In this document: positions 59,681-64,000 of the stretch, piece by piece
Layout: each line of letters begins with the position of its first letter
Numbering within the stretch: the first letter of the stretch is position 1
Source of the DNA: Alphaproteobacteria bacterium
GTDB lineage: Bacteria; Pseudomonadota; Alphaproteobacteria; SHVV01
Length of the DNA: 64,000 nt
Direction of reading: 5' to 3'
Assembly: GCA_965261735.1 (NCBI GenBank)
Contig: OZ253470.1
Coordinates: forward strand, 3,040,001 to 3,104,000
Position numbers and translations under genes: made by a program
The notes under the pieces: generated by a model
Seen by the model: the letters and a program-made list of their open reading frames with translations, nothing else
What the model was told of the DNA's origin: nothing
The model's database searches: none

Positions 59681-60265
59681 CTAACCGACGATGCGGGCGA
59701 GAAGCGAAAAGCCGTCGGTCCATCCACCCACGACCCCCAAGACGCCGAGCGCGGTCGGTAGGGCAATATCAAGGACGGGGTGCAGCACCGCCGGCGAGAA
59801 AAGTACGCGCTGGCTCGCGCGGAGCCATGCTGCGGCAAAGAAGGATGTGCTCACCAAGTCCCGCCAGCTGACCTTAGGGGGAGCCCGGCGGACGATATTT
59901 CGGAAGCGGTACACCTCGGGGATTACAAAGCCCTGATACCTCCACCTCATATACCGCTCCGCGATCTGTGGCCATCTGAACTCCGTCGCCAAAGTTTCAA
60001 AGATTGTCTTTGATACCTTCTTGCGCTTCCATTGGATGTAATTCTCGAACGCGTTGAAAACGAACGAGACCAGTAGATACGTGCTGACCAAGGTCAGCAC
60101 TCCGGCGGCAAGGTTTTCACCGCCAGCCGCCAAGTCAATGCCGACTCCGGGAATCGTTCTTGGGGTTAGCTCGGGCACTCGCTGAAACAGAATCGCCAGA
60201 GAAGCAACAACGACAAGATTCCGTCGCGTCCTCCGCGTGTGCGGCGTGAAGGGGTCGTCAGCCAC
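59681..60265 (-). CDS. Hypothetical membrane protein (lower GC)
   Basis: Open frame with about three hydrophobic segments; no family recognised. Confidence 0.5.
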   Translation of the reverse strand: MADDPFTPHTRRTRRNLVVVASLAILFQRVPELTPRTIPGVGIDLAAGGENLAAGVLTLVSTYLLVSFVFNAFENYIQWKRKKVSKTIFETLATEFRWPQIAERYMRWRYQGFVIPEVYRFRNIVRRAPPKVSWRDLVSTSFFAAAWLRASQRVLFSPAVLHPVLDIALPTALGVLGVVGGWTDGFSLLARIVG

Positions 60266-60635
60266 CGGGCTTCCTGCTCCGGTCGAGGTCCGCGTCGACG
60301 GCCGCAAACGCAAGGCCGCTACCTATCATGAGAGCCGGGAGCCCCCGACCGAACACTACGTAACCGTACAACACAAGCAGCCCCGGAGGGTGTCGTGCGC
60401 GCTGGTCGTAGCTGGCGCCGTCGTCACGGGAGCGGCATCGTGTGGAGGTCGGAACCTGCGAAGCGCATGCTGGTATCCCGTATTCAGAAGTCGAGGGAAC
60501 GATACAATCGCTGTAGGGCGCTCGATCGCGTGCGTCAAGCCGAGTCCATGGAGCTCGTCAGCCTCCCGCTCGAGATCGAGTGCACCATGGCGACGGAATT
60601 GACCATAGACCGCCGACACCGTGAGGGCTCGTGAG

Positions 60636-61463
60636 GTGCGAATCGAGGACTATCCGCCGCAGGAGCCCCTGTCCGCAGCGAACGCGGCCTACCACGCCGA
60701 AGTGATGCGCCGCGCCGCGCGGGCGCCGGCCCCGGACATCGAGGTCGCCTATGGTGACGACCCCCACCAGCGCATCTCCCTGTACCTCGCGCCCGAACCC
60801 GGCGGCGGCCTGCTCGCGTTCATCCACGGCGGCAACTGGACCAGCGGATATAGGGAATGGATGGCCTTCATGGCGCCCGCCTTCACCGACGCCGGAGTCA
60901 CCTTCGCGAGCATCGGCTACCGGCTGGCGCCAGAGCATCTGTTCCCGGCCGGCTTCGACGATTGCTGCACGGCCATGGCCTGGCTGTATGGCGCGGCGCT
61001 TGACCACGGCGCCGATCCCGGGAGGCTGTTCGTCGGTGGCCATTCGGCGGGCGGACATTATGCCGCCCTGATGGCGGTGCGGCGCGACTGGGGGCACTCC
61101 CGCGGACTACCCGCGACCGCGATCCGCGGATGCCTGCCAATTTCAGGCGTCTTTACCTTCACCGGGGAATCGGGCTTGCCGACGCGTCCGCGCTTCCTCG
61201 GCCCCAGGGACGACGACCTCGCGGCGAGCCCAATCCACAGCATTCAGGGACCGGCGCCGCCGTTCCTGATCGCTTACGGCGACAAGGACTCCCCGTACCT
61301 GATTACCCAGGCGGCTGCGTTCGAGGCGGCGCTCCGCGATCGCGACGCGGACGTCGAGCGGCTGGTGCTGCGGGGTTGCGATCACTTTGCCGCCAGTTAC
61401 GCCGGTGGCGATGCCGAGGGCCCGTGGGTGGGCCGCGCGCTCGCCTGGATGGCGGCAAGATAG
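60636..61463 (+). CDS. Alpha/beta hydrolase (arylformamidase-like)
   Basis: FIHGGNW, YRLAP, GHSAGG and DHF motifs. Confidence 0.85.
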   Translation: MRIEDYPPQEPLSAANAAYHAEVMRRAARAPAPDIEVAYGDDPHQRISLYLAPEPGGGLLAFIHGGNWTSGYREWMAFMAPAFTDAGVTFASIGYRLAPEHLFPAGFDDCCTAMAWLYGAALDHGADPGRLFVGGHSAGGHYAALMAVRRDWGHSRGLPATAIRGCLPISGVFTFTGESGLPTRPRFLGPRDDDLAASPIHSIQGPAPPFLIAYGDKDSPYLITQAAAFEAALRDRDADVERLVLRGCDHFAASYAGGDAEGPWVGRALAWMAAR

Positions 61464-61482
61464 CCCCCCCGGTGTTTGCGCC

Positions 61483-62349
61483 TTGAACCCCGCGCTATGG
61501 GGGCTGATGAGCGCATTCGGCTGGGGTACGGCCGATCTGGTGGCGCGCCTGACGGGCCGGGCCATCGGGCCGCGCAGCTCCATGTTCGGGAGCGTCACCA
61601 TCGGCTCGGCCTTGCTCTCGATATGGGTCTGGGTGGCGGCCCCGCCGCTCACCTGGTCGGCCGCGGGGCTGGCGTGGCTCGCGGCCACCGGGATTGCTTC
61701 GATGGCCTCGATCCTGCTGCTCTACACGGCCATCAGCCGGGGACCCATTTCCGTGGTTGCCCCCATCGCCGCGAGCAACCCGTTGTTCGTCGTGCTGGCT
61801 TCGCTCGCCCTTGGGCTCGTGCCGACGTGGAGCCAGTGGCTGGCGATGGCCGTCGTGATGATTGGCGTGGTCGTGGTCGCCCGTGGCGGCCGCGCGGCGG
61901 CACGTAGCGAGCCGACCGGCGCCGAGGGCCTCCCTTTCACCGCCGGCCTGGCACTCGCCTCGGCGGTCGGCTTCGCCCTCGCCGTGCTCACCGCGCGCGA
62001 AGCCTCGGCCATTCTCGGCGAGCTACAGACCGTGTGGGGGACCCGCGTCATCAGCCTCGCCGCCCTCGTCGTGTTCGTGCTGGCGTCGCGCACGAGGCTG
62101 CGGTTGCCGCTCCGGTGGTGGCCGGCGCTCACGCTTCAGGCCGTTCTCGAGGTCGGCGCCCTGTTCGCGCTGTTCGTCGGTATCGCCGGCGCCGGGGCGC
62201 CGCTGGCGTCGGTCGCCGGATCACCCTCGGCGATCGTGACGGCACTGCTCGGCCGCCTTGTCCTGCACGAGAGGATCAGGACGGAACAATGGGCCGGAAT
62301 CGCGATGGTCGCCGTCGGCGTCGCCGCCCTAGCTTTCGTCAGCGGCTGA
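61483..62349 (+). CDS. EamA/DMT family transporter
   Basis: About 10 TM segments, GPISVVAPI and LHERI...QW.GI; start uncertain. Confidence 0.85.
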   Translation: MNPALWGLMSAFGWGTADLVARLTGRAIGPRSSMFGSVTIGSALLSIWVWVAAPPLTWSAAGLAWLAATGIASMASILLLYTAISRGPISVVAPIAASNPLFVVLASLALGLVPTWSQWLAMAVVMIGVVVVARGGRAAARSEPTGAEGLPFTAGLALASAVGFALAVLTAREASAILGELQTVWGTRVISLAALVVFVLASRTRLRLPLRWWPALTLQAVLEVGALFALFVGIAGAGAPLASVAGSPSAIVTALLGRLVLHERIRTEQWAGIAMVAVGVAALAFVSG

Positions 62350-62366
62350 GATCGCAGGGCGGAGGG

Positions 62367-63731
62367 CTAGCCGCCAAGGGCGATCGCCGGGTCGCCATCG
62401 AGGTCGTCGCAGTTCGGCGGACTCTTGAAGTAGCGCGCGGCCAAGTCGCGGCCGGCCTCGCGGATCAGCTTCTCGTCCTCGGCTTCGCTCTTGGCCGGCT
62501 TAAGCCTAAGCGCCGTGTCACCGCCGTAGGTCGGGACGATCTTGCCGTGGCGGTACACGCCGTGCGGGTCCCTGCCCTGCTGCACCTCCTCGATCCCCTC
62601 GCGCAGACCCTTGCGCATCATGGCGACGCCGCGGTCGCTGGTGCCCAAATGCTCGCGCGCGTGGATGGCGATCGGACGCTGCCCGATCTGCGCCTCGTAG
62701 TCGCCGGGGGTGCGCTGCATATCCTCGTACGAGCGGCCCGGCTCGTTCGATTGCAGCGCCGGCGAGTTATGCTTTGTGCGCGGGTTCTCGGCACCGATCG
62801 GCGTCACCACCAGGCTCATCTCCATCGTGTTGGTGTCATCCATGGGCACCGCCCAGTCCATGGTGATCGGGTAGTTGTGGAGTTCGCCCTCGCCGTCGGT
62901 AAATTTGGGCGGCCACTCGTTCAGAGCGCCGAGCACGGCGATGTTGGGCCACTTGTACTCGATGTTGCGCACCCACACGGTCTCGTCGTTGACGCGCCGC
63001 ATCTCGAGCGTAAGGATGCCGGTCGGCGTCTCGATATATTCGGCCGCGCCGAACATCTCGACTTCCCTGACGATCTCGCCCTTGCGGCTGATGAACTGGT
63101 TGCCGGAGTGCTCGGCGTGCAGGTACTCCTCGTGCTGCGGGTCGACGAAGTTGTCGACGACCTGTAGCCAGCTGCACGGCTTGTGGTTAGGACCGCCGGA
63201 CAGCTCGCCGGGCTCGAGCGTACTGCCCGGAATGGCCATCAGGTCGAGCGCCGGCAAGTCGGGGATCCGGTCGGGCGGGCCCATATACCCCCACACCACC
63301 TCGTGGTGCTCCCTGACAATATAGGCGCCGTGATAGAAGCGGTCCTTGAGCGTGCTGCCGGCGGGCTCGAGCGGCGTATCGAGGATGCGCCCGTCGACGT
63401 CGAACTGCCAGCCGTGATAACAGCAGCGGATGCCGTGCTCCTCTATGCGGCCATACTCGAGCGATGTGCCGCGGTGGCAGCAATGCAGCTCGAGCATGCC
63501 GACCTCGCCGCGGCCATCACGGAAGACCACCAAATCCTCGCCCAGGATGCGCTTGCGGACCGGCAGATCCTTGAGCTCGCGGCTGTAGGCGATGGGGTGC
63601 CAGAAGCGCCGCAGATACTCGCCTCCCGGCGTTCCCGGGCCGACATGGGTGAGGAAGGTATCCTCGCCCGGTATGTCGCGATTGTAGTAGGCGCTGAACG
63701 GTTGCTTGATGAACTCGGCTCTGGTTTCCAT
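62367..63731 (-). CDS. Rieske non-heme iron oxygenase (phthalate 4,5-dioxygenase-like)
   Basis: VGPGTPGGEYLRRFW, CCHRG...CCYHGW, NFVDPQH...LH and EHLGTSD.GV motifs. Confidence 0.9.
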   Translation of the reverse strand: METRAEFIKQPFSAYYNRDIPGEDTFLTHVGPGTPGGEYLRRFWHPIAYSRELKDLPVRKRILGEDLVVFRDGRGEVGMLELHCCHRGTSLEYGRIEEHGIRCCYHGWQFDVDGRILDTPLEPAGSTLKDRFYHGAYIVREHHEVVWGYMGPPDRIPDLPALDLMAIPGSTLEPGELSGGPNHKPCSWLQVVDNFVDPQHEEYLHAEHSGNQFISRKGEIVREVEMFGAAEYIETPTGILTLEMRRVNDETVWVRNIEYKWPNIAVLGALNEWPPKFTDGEGELHNYPITMDWAVPMDDTNTMEMSLVVTPIGAENPRTKHNSPALQSNEPGRSYEDMQRTPGDYEAQIGQRPIAIHAREHLGTSDRGVAMMRKGLREGIEEVQQGRDPHGVYRHGKIVPTYGGDTALRLKPAKSEAEDEKLIREAGRDLAARYFKSPPNCDDLDGDPAIALGG

Positions 63732-63749
63732 AGAGGGTGCCTCCCGCAA

Positions 63750-64000
63750 CTAGGCCGCGACGGGCTGGAAGTGCAGCATGGTTTCGGACACCTCGCCGCT
63801 TACGAGCGCGACCGGCTTGCCATCCTTGATCACCGCGGCGAGGTTTTCCGGCTCCTGCAGGACGCGGATGTCGGCCAGCGGATCGGCCTTGAGGACGATC
63901 ACGTCGGCGAGCTTGCCGCCCGCGATCGTCCCAACCTCGCCCTCGAGCCCGACGGCCAGCGCGTTGCCGCTGGTATTGGCGACGATCGCCTCCATCGGGC
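63750..64000 (-). CDS. 3' end of another amidohydrolase (partial)
   Basis: EAIVANT..NA, GTIAGGKLADVIVL.ADPLADI and VIKDG. Confidence 0.8.
   Translation of the reverse strand, partial: PMEAIVANTSGNALAVGLEGEVGTIAGGKLADVIVLKADPLADIRVLQEPENLAAVIKDGKPVALVSGEVSETMLHFQPVAA

Noticed and set aside
60395-60634. Short ORF upstream of the alpha/beta hydrolase
   Set aside because: No recognisable motif or clear RBS

Overview
High-GC alphaproteobacterial chromosome segment; the chpT-cheA-cheW and mnmA-tRNA-Met gene order suggests a Rhodospirillales-like host (inference). Intact core genes are glmS (partial), glmU, gph, tRNA-Val(CAC), thrC, nadK, moaA, fdhD, mobA, modE, a two-subunit NAD-linked formate dehydrogenase, chpT, cheA, mnmA and tRNA-Met. 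They are interleaved with catabolic genes: three close amidohydrolase paralogues, a NitT/TauT-type transporter, a CADD/PqqC-like di-iron enzyme, CitE/CaiB genes, SDRs, an enolase-family enzyme and a Rieske oxygenase. The window carries nine IS elements or remnants (five IS1595-family, IS256, IS5, IS110/IS1111, IS21; two nested pairs) and many frameshifted, truncated or fused pseudogenes, which points to active genome erosion. Most notable: (1) a 71-bp covarying hairpin with a DnaA-box-like 9-mer shared by unrelated IS256 and IS21 elements; (2) an amidohydrolase-ABC-di-iron oxidase-amidohydrolase cluster of unknown function; (3) a perfect 29-bp copy of the tRNA-Val 3' end 49.6 kb downstream that brackets normally essential genes; (4) erosion of CtrA/chemotaxis genes with CtrA boxes left behind; (5) an IS1111 bridge/seekRNA region. 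All calls come from manual reading and motif recognition; no searches were run.
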